DNA of 64,000 bases from Eledone cirrhosa (lineage: Eukaryota): assembly GCA_964016885.1 (NCBI GenBank), contig OZ024741.1, positions 157,418,001 through 157,482,000 on the forward strand. The letters are read 5' to 3'. Below, piece by piece: positions 27,916-40,550 of this stretch. Each line of letters starts with the position of its first letter. The first letter of the stretch is position 1. The translations under genes and the position numbers were made by a program. Under the pieces are notes generated by a model. That model searched no databases, was not told where the DNA came from, and saw only the letters and a program-made list of their open reading frames with translations.

Positions 27916-28441
27916 GGTGGTTGCCAACTCGTTTTCGAGTACGGCCACTACTTTATATCCATGTAGGAGAACCCCTACTGATGTGCTGAACGAGTGTGAC
28001 TTTTTAGTCCAGCCAGCGACTTGAAAACTCTGGTACAAACACTACACTTGTGACAATTACTGACACATAGTGCTGGGCCCATTGTACCATATGATGACAA
28101 GTGCAGAGAGATCTCCAGATATAAAGCAATGCCTGTGTCGTGAAGCTTTTATAGTGAGCAAAGGCACTGCACAAAGCCAGTCCCACTCTCTTAACCAAGA
28201 TGATATTTACCAAAAATAAGAACACGTCAACATCATTGGATACCATCAGGGTTGCAGGTGCTATATCAGAGTTTTCCTTCTCCTAGAATTCTGCCTTGAC
28301 AAAGGCTAAGGGGTCATCTCTCCCGGTGATTTTGGATGGCCATTGACCTTTAAGAGCTCCTTTGCTCTTTGACAGGTTTTGTTTTTAGTCCTGCAGGATG
28401 TCCAAAGTCACCCTCCTCACCAAGAAACCTTGGTAGGGTTG
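27916..28441 (-). mobile_element. Second copy of the 23671-24254 retroposon
   Basis: High identity by eye; slightly more 5'-truncated. Confidence 0.7.
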
Positions 28442-28985
28442 CACATACATCCCTACATATATACATACATACCTACATATATACATATATACCTACATAC
28501 CTACATACACACATACATACCTACATATATACATACATACCTACATATATACCTACATACCTACATGCACACATACATACCTACATATATAAATACATAC
28601 CTACATATATACATACATACCTACATATATACATACATACCTACATACACACATACACACATACATACATACCTACATGCACATATACATACCTACATAT
28701 ATACATACATACACACATACCTACATATATACACACATACCTACATATATACATACATACCTACATACACACATACACACATACATACATACCTACATAC
28801 ACACATACATACCTACATATATACATACATACATACCTACATATATACACACATACCTACATATATACATACATACCAACACATACCTACATACATACAC
28901 ATAACTACATATATACATACATACCTACATACACACCGACATATATACATACATACCTACACACATACATACATACATACATACA
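28442..28985. repeat. (ACAT/ACCT)-based compound tetranucleotide satellite
   Basis: Direct reading. Confidence 0.9.
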
Positions 28986-29314
28986 CAGACAAAAAGGTGC
29001 AAACTGTTTAAATTCCAGTTCACCCACACCACCTCAACCCACCCCCATCACCCCCATTCCAGACCTCCAATAACATTTCAATATTTCAACTTCTCTTTGG
29101 AGGTGGAAGGTTGCTCCAGCTCGGTCTCATACACATATATATACACACATACATATATATATATACACATATATATATACACATATACACATATATACAC
29201 ACATACATATATATATATACACACATACATATATATATATACACATATATATACACACATACATATATATACACACACATATATATACACACATACATAT
29301 ATATACACATATAT

Positions 29315-29355
<41 letters not shown>

Positions 29356-29415
29356 TATACACACATACATATACACACATACATATATATATATATATAT
29401 AAACCTATATATACA

Positions 29416-30250
29416 CAGCAGCATAGATTCCACTACAGCAATGAAGAGGCAGATATTCAGGGCTTTATCAAGGTCCGACTTCCACACCGATCTCAAGCTG
29501 TGGCACGCCGCCCAGGCTTTGCTCTTCCTCTCAACCACATCATCTTCCGTACTCCCAATCTTTGCTCCCAAATACAGGAAATCTTCAACCAATTCTAGCG
29601 GCTTCCCGCCTACATTAGTGATCCCTTCTGGCTTCTCAACATTCTCTACCAGATATTTTGTTTTAGACTCATTTATTCTCAGCCCCACACTTATCGACAC
29701 AGTCTCAGCCTCCTTCACTGTATTTGTTACCAAAATTATGTTGTCGGCAAATTCAGCATCCGATATATTTTTCGCCTTAACTCTCCTGCTCTGAGCCGGT
29801 GCTACAGTAAAGCCAGAGTCCTGGTGTTTCTCCAGTGCAAGGCGCTTACAATAGTCCACTACGATGATAAAAAGGTCTGAGACTTGGACACTGACCAAGA
29901 AACTCACTCAGATGGTGGATGGGTGCTACACGAGAATGCTGAGGATGGCTCTGAACATTAATCAGTATACACTGAGGATAAAAAACCCAGAGCTGTTTGG
30001 GAGCCTCCCAAAAGTCAGCTCAAAAGTGACACAGAGGAGACTGAGGTTAGCTGGACATGCTCACCGACATCCAGAGTTGACATTGCACTCAGTGCTCCTG
30101 TGGGAGCCCCTACATGGACACACTCGAAGAGGAAGACCAAGATTAACGTATGTTGATGCCCTAAGGAAAGACACTGGTCTGTTGGAGATGCAGGGCAAGG
30201 CAGCGATAATGAGGGACAGAGACCGCTGGATCTCGGGAATTTTACCCGTC
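29416..30250 (+). mobile_element. RTE-like LINE (third family) with a 5' inversion
   Basis: 29416-29874 minus strand encodes LFIIVVDY...EFADNIIL...DFLYLG...VESMLL; 29875-30250 plus strand continues SETWTL...RRLRLAGH...RGRP. Confidence 0.85.
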
Positions 30251-30499
30251 CTAGATACATATACACACATACACACATATATATATATATATATACCTTT
30301 CATTTATCATCATCATCATCACCGTTTTACGTCCGTTCTTCCACGCTAGCATGGGTTAGACATTATATATATATATATATATATATTAGCAAAGAGATAT
30401 TTAAGTTGCTGGTAATTCAACAAATTTATTTATAACAGATTCGAGGCACTTGATAAGTTTCCTGGAGTATAATACCAATGATATTAACATCCAGTCCAA

Positions 30500-30755
30500 A
30501 CTAATGAGGTCGTGTAGGTGTCAGGTCAAAAAAAAAAATACAGTCCATGCTGTAATGTGGTAACACAGTAAAAAGCTCCCAGTCCACACTGTAAATGTGG
30601 TTGGTGTTAGGAAGGGCATCCAACTGTAGAAAACCTGCCAGATAGTCCTGTACGAGTGAGACATGGTCACCTGACCAATCTTGCCTCAAATGGGACAATT
30701 TCCGTCTAACTCATGCTAGCAAGAAAGATAGACGTTAAACAATGATGATGATGAT
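30500..30755 (+). mobile_element. RTE subfamily-1 3'UTR fragment
   Basis: Homology to 22680-23058; (GAT)n tail. Confidence 0.75.
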
Positions 30756-31350
30756 ATACATACATATATATACACATATACATACATATATACATACATA
30801 CATACATATAAATACATACATACATATGCATACATATATACATACACATATATATATACACATATACATACATATATATATACATACACATATACATACA
30901 TATACATACACATACATACACATACATATACATATATATACATACACATACATACACATACATATATATACATACACATACATATATATATATACACATA
31001 CATATATATACATACACATACATATATATATATATATACACATACATATATACACATATACATATATACACATGTACACATACATACATATACACATACA
31101 TACATATATATATACATACACACATACGTACATACACACATATACATACACACAAATACACATACATACATATATATTTATAAAGAAATGTATATTAAAA
31201 TAGGTGGCTCACAGGACAAAGACAAATGAACAAACTACACGGAGAGTCCCATCTTCTCAGTCAACGTCTGGAAATCACATTCACATTATTACCATTCATT
31301 CCAGTCATTTCCTCATTGACTTTTCAGCCACACACACACAGTGTTTGTAT

Positions 31351-31648
31351 ATCATCATCATCATCATCATTTTACCACCGCTTTTCCCTGCTTGCAAGGG
31401 TGGGACGGGAACTGATTCTGGCTTGATTTCTACACCTGGATGCCCTTCCTAACACCAACCTCATTTACAGTGAGTGCTGGGTGCTTTTTTGCCGTGGCAC
31501 CTCCACGACCACTTTGCAGTGGGATGATATAGACCCCAGTCCCTATCATCTCATTTCTACAGCTGACTAAACTGGAGCAATGTGAAATAAAGTGTCTTGC
31601 TCAAGGAAACAACACATCACCCGGTCTGAGAATTGAACTCACAACCTT
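31351..31648 (-). mobile_element. tRNA-derived SINE, 5'-truncated
   Basis: Homologous to 17269-17601. Confidence 0.85.
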
Positions 31649-31799
31649 ACTCTGACCAACTCCATCTCACTCAACAAATATTAGGATATACCTAAGTATA
31701 ATCCCAATTTAGTGTTTGGGATGCTAACTATACAGTATTCCGGGGAAAGTTGGTTGTATTATTTTATATGAGATATAATGAAATAAATCTCTCTTTCCT

Positions 31800-31922
31800 T
31801 CCATACAATCGTTTCGTTATAAGATTTCTACAATTGGGGATAAATAATGTTCAGGTTATGTAGAAACTTGTATATAATCCAAAGATATACACACAAGCGG
31901 GCCCTTATATCTCATCAGTGGA
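31800..31922 (-). ncRNA. Type I hammerhead motif with a 96-nt branched stem II
   Basis: Minus strand: TCCA-CTGATGA-[GATATAAG...two hairpins...CTTATAAC]-GAAA-CGATTG-TA-TGGA. Confidence 0.7.
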
Positions 31923-32996
31923 TGCCCATGCAATATCGATATAAAAAACTACATCGATACTAATAATTAGTGATGGTCTCCGTCAGTGCTAAAAGGACTA
32001 AATTTGAAAAGCCAGTAGTCCTTCAAAAAGAAAATTCACACTGTCCCCAAAAAGGAAAGGGGAGGTCATCGTAAAATATAAAATAATATACACGCTGGTC
32101 ATTGAAGCCTGTTAGGTGTTTTAATCACGTGTTTAAGAACTCAATTGGATATTAAAAAAATAAATATATGTATGTACCATCTATACACACAGAGATATTT
32201 AAAAAAAATATATAATAAATAAATATACACACTATCTATACACACATATAGGTATTTTCTCAGGCAATATGTACGTTTATTTGTATAAGTAGATAGAGGA
32301 TTAGAACGTAATCTCTATTACTACTCTGTGTATCAGGTGTACTCCTAGGTTAAACCAGTCCTCTCCAGCACAACTTCCTTATACACACATTCACACACAT
32401 TCATATATACACATACATACATGCATACTTATACTCATACATGCACATTCATACACACAGTTAAATTTATACACAAAATCATGCATACACTTATACACAG
32501 CCACACACATACACAATTATGTATATATATACATGTCTGAGTGTCTATGTTTTTACATGAATTTAGTAAGCGAGTCTTACTAGCTCTACTATTCTTACTA
32601 GCTTTACTATAAGAACCAACCAAGCAACGAATTGTGGAAGACAGCCCTGACTCACTGGAATTAGATTTCTTCTGAGAGAAGGCATTCTCCTGCAGCACTC
32701 TTAGAACTTCTCGGATTTCCTGTTTTAACCATTCCACATAACACTAACTCATTTAATACAACAAATGAATTTTTAAAAATATAAAATAAAAATGAAAGAA
32801 ATTTGGCTTCAAATTCTGATTTTTTTTAAATTAAGAATTCTTAGTATTTAAAAATGATTGCATGATTGGGTGTGGTCTAGTGGTTAGGATGTTAGACTCG
32901 CAATCTACAAAAAGACACTGCCTATCATTTTCAAATATTTTTGTAAACATACAAGAATTTGGAGAGATTTTATCATGTAACTAACTTTCTCATTAA

Positions 32997-33198
32997 TCCT
33001 TCAGCATTTATACATACTATTGTATTTTTGGGGTAAAGTCTTTATCTTACATAATTATTTCGCATAATATCAAACCTACAAGATTTTGATACTATTTATT
33101 TTGAGAATAACATCAGCATGAGTGGGCAGTTATGGCTGGTTGAACAGAAAGAGGTGAGAGAATTCTGGCCAGAGACAGCTGGCTTAAATGCTAAAGGG
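32997..33198 (-). mobile_element. piggyBac-type MITE
   Basis: TTAA on both sides; TIR CCCTTTAGCATT; homologous to 38610-38820 and 51428-51646. Confidence 0.75.
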
Positions 33199-34128
33199 TT
33201 AAGCTAGTGTTTGGAACAAAATGGAAACCAGCACTAGTTCTACAATACAATACAAAACTGTATATTTTAAAATGTTTGTATTTATCAAAAGATCTTTGGT
33301 CATAATTTTATATAAGAACATTTTTCAAAAACACAAGCTTAATAATCACAAACATATTATTCAATTCCTTCAGATTCTTGAATGTTTTAAAAACTTTTTA
33401 AATCAAAAACACTGTCTTTTGTTAAAAATATGGTAAATGTAATTGAAGTGTTTATATTTATGAAAAAAACCTTCCATCATAATATTATATAAGAACGTTT
33501 GTTAAGTTATGTTTGAAACCAAACACCAGATTAATAATGGGAAAATTAGCTATATCACTAAATCTTTTCAAATTCTTTAATTTTGAAATTATTTGAAAAT
33601 AAGTCAATTGGTTGAAAAAGTGTTTTCATTAGATATATGGTAATGAAAGGGGATGTTTGGGTTCATGAATATCAATATTTTGGTTAGAGAGTATCAAGAG
33701 ATGTCTATTAGAATGTATAATGATGACATTAGCATTGAACATATTTCATTTTGGGAGTTCAGTATTGATATACCATATATACCAAGATTACCAGATACAT
33801 GAACGATAATAGAAACTGGGAAATTTGTGTTTATCTAAATTTATTGTTTGTTTCAGATAAACCCTATAAATTATGTTGATTACAGACATTAAGTGATAAT
33901 AGATATGAATGGTATTTTAATATTTCATGACTTGGATATAATTACATAAATGTTAAACATATAGGTACAAATGACATACATTAAATGAATGAGTAATTGT
34001 GAAGAAATAATTATTTGCAGAGGTTAAAGGTTAAAATGAGGAGCTTGTGACTGGAAAATGTACTTCTTATTTTGCAATATGACTGAGATAGGAAATGCAT
34101 TGTATGTATGTTTACATGGGTATGTGTG

Positions 34129-34160
<32 letters not shown>

Positions 34161-37100
34161 GTTTAACGTCCATCTTCCATGCTAGCATGAGTCTGAACGG
34201 GAATTGTCGCACTTGAGGCAAGATTGGTTGTCTTGCTGAGGACTGTCTGGCGGGTTTTCTACGGCTGGATGCCCTTCCTAACACCAACCACGTTTACAGT
34301 GTGGACTGAGAGGTTTTTACCGTGTTACCTACATGGCCACATTACAGCGAGGACTGTGTGTTTTTTGTCGTGACACCTACACGACCTCATTTATTTAGGA
34401 CTGGATGTTGTGGTACCAACATAGCTTTACATCGAAAGGGGTGGTGTAGATGGCGGTGGGGGTAGGGGTAGTGGGACGGGGTGTATTTTGGTTAGGAGGT
34501 GCCTACTGACTGTAGGTTTCGCTTTGTACTTAGGTTTCACTTTGTAGCGCCAAAGATCTCAGTCCAGTGACATTGTCTTGGAGAGGTGTAAGTGTGTGAG
34601 GTCGGATTTTATCAAGTCGTCCCGGGTTTTTCTAGGTCTGCATACTCCGTAGCTACCGTCTATTTTGATCGCCCTGCACTTTTTTATACAGCTGTCATCT
34701 TTCATGCGCATCACGTGACTATACCAACGTAGTCTTCTCTCGATTAAACAGCATCTGATCCCTCTTATTCCTAATTTCTCACTTAGTTCATTTATGCGTT
34801 GCCGTTCGCGTATATTACTATTACACATCCAATGGAGCATGCAAGCTTCGTTCCTCTCCAGTCTGCGTAGATCCTCTGCACACAAGGCCAATGTCGCACT
34901 GCCATGTAACATCGCTGTTCGTATGCAGGCATCATACAGCCTGCCTTTTATTTTTAGAGAGAAACCTTTAGCGGCCAATAGTGGTATAAGCTCTCTGAAC
35001 TTTTTCCATCCCGTTCGGACTCTAGCTACAGTACTTTCGGAGCACCCTCCACCACTGCTGATTTTGTACCCAGGTAACGGAAGGTGTCCACTATTTCTAT
35101 AGAACCATCTGGGCAATGGAATGAGCTAGTATTCTGTGGGCACTTGCTGCTACTTATTGCACCAGAGCACCGGCCATATATAAAATCTATATTCTTAGTT
35201 AGCTTACCTGTGATCCCACTACATCTTTTATGTACCCATACTTTGCATTTGGGACATAAAATGAAGTTGCTGCCTACTCCTTTCCTACTCACTGAGCATG
35301 GCCATTTCCCAGATGGGTTCAGTGCCCTATTCTCCTTCCTACATATTAGAACTTTAGTCTTAGACAAGTTAACTTTAAGGCCTTTTGATTCTAAGCCATG
35401 CTTCCATATTTGGAATTTCTTCTGTAGTTCAGCCATTGATTCGGCTATGAGCGTTAGATCATCTGCGTATAGAAGTTCCCATGGGCAGCCGGTCTTGAAC
35501 TCCTCCGTTATAGCTTGGAGGGCGATAATAAATAGGAGGGGGGCTAAGGATGGAGCACTGATGAACACCAACTTTTACGCTAAATTCTTCACTATATTCG
35601 TTGTTAATTCTAACCTTGCTGACTGTTTCTTTATACATGGCTTGTATAGCTCTCACAAGCCATACATCTACACCTAGTTTTCTAAGAGCCCACCAGATAA
35701 TGGAGCAGAGGACTCTGTCAAAGGCTTTCTCCAGGTCTACAAAAGCTAAGTATAGGGGTTTACTTTTAGCTAGGTGTTTTCCTGTAGTTGTCGTACAATG
35801 AAAAGAGCGTCTGTGGTACTTTTACCTGACACAAACCCGAACTGCATTTCATCTAGATCAATTCGCTCGCTGATTAGTTGCGCTATTACTTTTTCTGTGA
35901 CCTTCATGACCTGGTCAATTAATTTAATGCCTCTATAGTTTCCCCTATCTAGGACATCTCCTTTACCCTTGTAGCAGTTAATGATGATGCTGCTACGCCA
36001 GTCCTTTGGTATGACCCCATTCTGTATAACTTGGTTTACTATCCGGGTGACCATGGTGTGTCCCACCGTTCCAGATGCTTTCAGCATTTCAGCAACTATT
36101 TCCGAAGGCCCAGCCACCTTACCCGTCTTCATATCTTTGATTGCCTTACTTATTATATTACCTTCAACTTGCACTGCTGGTCCCTCTATTAGATCGATGT
36201 GGGGGGAGACTGTCTTTCTCCCATTTATTCTCCTCATTTAGTAGCCTTTCGTAGTGACACTTCCAAGCTACCTTCTTATCAGCGTCAGTGATGGCAAGTA
36301 CACCATCATCATTACGGACACACTTCTCGCCGACAATATCACGGTTCTCCTTTACACATTGTCTAGCAATCCTGAAGACATCACGTTTGTGGTCCTCGCG
36401 TTGTAGAACATGCTTGAACTTTCTTTCCTCTGCTTCCCTTCTTGCGAAGTACACTTGTCTCCTAGCTTCCCTGCAGGCCACTTGATAGTCTTCTCTACTT
36501 CCCCCATCCGGCCATACTTTCCAAGCCTGCTTTTTGGCCTTAATCGACACCTCCACCTTACTGTTCCACCACCAAGTTACTCTCCTCCTGCCTATAGGTC
36601 TGCTCCAGCCACAGATTTCATCTGCCGCCTTCAGCAGGTTAGCTTTCAGGAATTTCCACTGTTCCTTTATATTGTACGACTCTAATTGCTCTTCCTTACT
36701 GTCAAAAGCATCAAGTAATATGCTTTTAAATTTATTACTGGCTGTGGGGTCCTTTAACTTCCATATTTTTTTCCTAAGGATAGTCCTCCTCTGTTGTCAA
36801 ATACGTCTCGTCCTGACTATGAGGTCGCTAACTATGAGGCTATGTTGGGAGGTGCGTTCTTCATGGGGGAGGGATTTAGTATTTACAACAGACACTCTGT
36901 CTCGTCTTCTGGTAAGGATATATGTACGACTCTAATTGCTCTTCCTTACTGTCAAAAGCATCAAGTAATATGCTTTTAAATTTATTACTGGCTGTGGGGT
37001 CCTTTAACTTCCATATTTTTTTCCTAAGGATAGTCCTCCTCTGTTGTCAAATACGTCTCGTCCTGACTATGAGGTCGCTAACTATGAGGCTATGTTGGGA

Positions 37101-37978
37101 GGTGCGTTCTTCATGGGGGAGGGATTTAGTATTTACAACAGACACTCTGTCTCGTCTTCTGGTAAGGATATAATCTATCTGACTGGCATGTTCTCCTGAT
37201 CTCTAGGTGATCAAGTGATTGTCTTGTTTTTTGTTACAGATAGTTAGATTATTTGCGTCACAGAATTCCAGGATTCTGGAGCCTTCCTCATTTCTAGTAC
37301 CAAACCCATAGCCTCCATGGATTCCGTCATAGTGTTGTCCAACGTGGCCATTTAGGTTGCCAGCAATAATTATATAGTCACTGTCGGTTATTTGGGAGGT
37401 AATGAGCATTAACGACTCATAGAATCTGTCTTTTATAACGCCAGGCAGTCCAGATTGGGGTGCATACACAGATATTATTGTCACAGTAGTTCTATTGAGG
37501 ACAAGTCTTATTTTAATTATTCTGTCGTTCACTCTATTTACGTCTATTATCTTATCTACCCATTTTTCTGCTAGCATGATTCCTACTCCACCCAGTCCAT
37601 TGTCATTTCCCACCCAGAAAAGCTTATAGCATCGTTTTTTACCCACAATGAATCTAGCATGAATACAGCAAACATCAACCTCCTTATGTTCAAGCATCTC
37701 TACAACCTCGTTAGAGCGACCTTTTAAGGTACCTACATTCATGGTACCAACTCTGAAGTTTTGAATTGCGTTTGGTGGGTGGGAAGGACAGGGCGCAGTG
37801 AGGGGTGAGAGAGATGGGGCTATGTTAGCCGTCTGCGGCCTAAATAAAGAGGTGGAGTCCTTGCATTCTCGTCTGGCAGCATGAGGTGAATTTGTCTTTA
37901 TCTTTGGCATTGTCACTGAGTGTCCAGATTTTTTCAGACTCTCCAGAATTCCGTAGTCCATCCATCATATCGAAAGGC
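34129..37978 (-). mobile_element. RTE-clade LINE, subfamily 1, near full length, decayed, with a 250-bp internal tandem duplication
   Basis: APE 37203-37961; RT fragments 34559-36556; duplication 36673-36922 and 36923-37172; (GAT)n tail. Confidence 0.92.
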
Positions 37979-38609
37979 GAGTGTGTAAATTTTAAAGAGT
38001 TTTATATAGATATATATATATATCATCATCATCGTCCATTTTCCATGCTAGCATGGGTTAGATGAGCTGTCCCATTGTGAAGAAAGCCAGGTCGAATGAC
38101 CATGTTTTGCTCAATATATATATATATACACAAACACACATGACTGAGTCAGAAAATGCATTGAGTGTCACTATATGTGCGTGTGTGTGTACAGACAGAA
38201 ATATAAATATATACATAAATATATAAACACCCTTGGCATATTATTGAATGTGTGTGTATGTGTGTGATGCATGTATGACTGTGTCTGAATGTGTGTATGT
38301 ATACATCTGTGTAAGTCTATGCATCTGTATGTGTGTCTCTGTGTATGTATGTATGTATGCCTGTATATATGCTTGCATGTGTGTGTATTTATGTACATAT
38401 GTTTATGTGTCTGTAGAAATAAGTAATGAGTGCAGGTATAACTCAGTAGATACAAAGTTTGTTTTATAATCATGAGGTTCCATGTTCAATTCCACTGCAC
38501 CTTAACAGTATTGGAGACCTCCTGGAAAAGCAATGTCCTGGGACCCCAACATACATAACCAAAGTATACGTAGATTAGGGCTCTTAAACCAAGTTTATTG
38601 ATGGCTTAA

Positions 38610-38820
38610 CCATTTAGCATTTTATCTGGCCAGAATTCTCTCACCTCTTTCTGTTCAAACTGGCTGTAACTGGCCACTCATACTGATGTTAAGGTATTGT
38701 TTTCAAAATTTATAATATCAAAATCTAGTAGATTCGATATTATGTGAGATAATTATATGAGGTAAAGCCTTTACCATTAAAATATAATGGTAAATATAGA
38801 GTAATGTAAATGCTTAAGGG
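38610..38820 (+). mobile_element. piggyBac-type MITE
   Basis: TTAA TSD; TIRs CCATTTAGCATT ... AATGCTTAAGGG. Confidence 0.75.
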
Positions 38821-39061
38821 TTAAGATGATAATACATTATATGGCATCTTGAGGAAGTGCCTCTACTATAGTCTTAGGTTTCCCCAAGCCTTGACTGAAA
38901 CTGGATAGACAGAAATTGTTTAGAAGCCCATCAAAGATCCAACTTTGTTATATTGATCAGCCTTTGGAATTACATTAATGGTACACATATCTATGGAATA
39001 TTCAGCCACTTTCACTACAATAAAAGATGGGGAATGTACCTGTAATTCGAATTTCCAGTCT

Positions 39062-39266
39062 TGTCATCACTGCAACAACCACAACAGCAATTACCACCTC
39101 CATCACCTCTACCATCACAGCCATCATCATCACGATCACCACAACCACGATTATCACCCCCAGCATTGCCATCATCATCAGTACCACCACCACCATCAGT
39201 TCAATCACTGCCATCACCACCACCATCACCATTACAACAATCATCATCACAATGATAATGATTATG
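39062..39266. repeat. Degenerate (CAT/CAC/CAA)n trinucleotide repeat
   Basis: Direct reading. Confidence 0.85.
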
Positions 39267-39503
39267 AGTTATTTATAGACATATGTACAAAAGAACAGCT
39301 GTTGTGAAGGTTTTGAAAAACCACAAAAGAAGAAGAAAACAACATTAATAAGAAGAAAACAATAATAAAAGACTGATTGATTTCACATAAAGTTAGTTCC
39401 TTGAATAAAGAAGTAATGTAGAAAGTGGAGAGTTTTACGCCTTTTTATTTCAGCAAAGTATGTGGTGATAATTGGTGTGACTTTGAATGCATTATCAAAC
39501 AGT

Positions 39504-39690
39504 AAGGGCGGTGGATTGGCAGTATCGGTAGAGGGTCGGACACCATGCTTTGACGCATAGAGTTACAGCCCTTGCCATTCTGAGTTCAAATCCTGCCGAG
39601 GTTAACTTTGCCTTTCATCCTTACGGGGTCGATAAAATAAAGTACCAGTAATACACTGGGTAATTGCTGGCCTTGTGCCAAAAGTAGAAA
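39504..39690 (+). mobile_element. tRNA-derived SINE with a Nin/Deu-like core
   Basis: B box GAGTTCAAATCC followed by GCCTTTCATCCTTACGGGGTCGATAAAATAAAGTACCAG. Confidence 0.65.
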
Positions 39691-40433
39691 CAATTATCAA
39701 ACAGTGAATAGCCCATGTTAACAGTATAGATTTTGTTAATTATATATATATATTTATATGAAAGATTGCATTGCGTGGAAGATGCTGTGTGGAAAATGAC
39801 CAGTCCAACCCATGCAAGTATGGAAAAACGAGCATAAAACAGTAATGATGATGATGAGATAACTCAGACCATATATGGCTTAACTAGCATGTTCAACAAA
39901 CTGAAACGAAACCGATGTTATCCACAAATCATAATCCTATAATCAACCCTACCCACCAAACCATAGTGCACCAGCCATAAATTATATTCAAACATATACT
40001 TCAAAATCATACTCTAGCCCTCTCAGTCAAACAACAGTCAACCTACTCCAATTACTGGTAGTGTCATGGACATTGGTATCTACAGCCAACATATTACATA
40101 GTTTCTATATTACACTGCAGCAACTACAACCCTGTTATGTAATTGGCATGGCTCTCACACATAATCAGTACAACCACCAGCCCATACCCTCAATATATAT
40201 GTTGGACTTCCAACAGTTTCAACAAGTATTCCAGTTGTCTGATCAATGGAACAGCCTGCTCATGTAGTTGAGCATTCCACAGATATATGCAACCTTAACA
40301 CAGTTCTCAAAGATATTCAGCATGGACGTTAAACGATGATATATATATATATAATGATACTACTAAATATAATAATACAAACTTCGAAAGATCAAAATTC
40401 AGAGAGGATTCAATAAGAATTATATAAATGCAA

Positions 40434-40471
<38 letters not shown>

Positions 40472-40550
40472 GTAGAGCAAATATTTAAAACTTTAAGCAC
40501 AGCCTGTGATTAAATTTTTAATCTGTTTAAATAATATATATATATATATA

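Noticed and set aside
25418-28038. Very long ORFs (500-760 aa) rich in Y/I/C/V/H/T, and similar ORFs elsewhere
   Set aside because: Translations of (TA)n/(CA)n microsatellites, which lack stop codons
38978-39307. His-rich ORF
   Set aside because: Degenerate trinucleotide repeat, open in several frames on both strands
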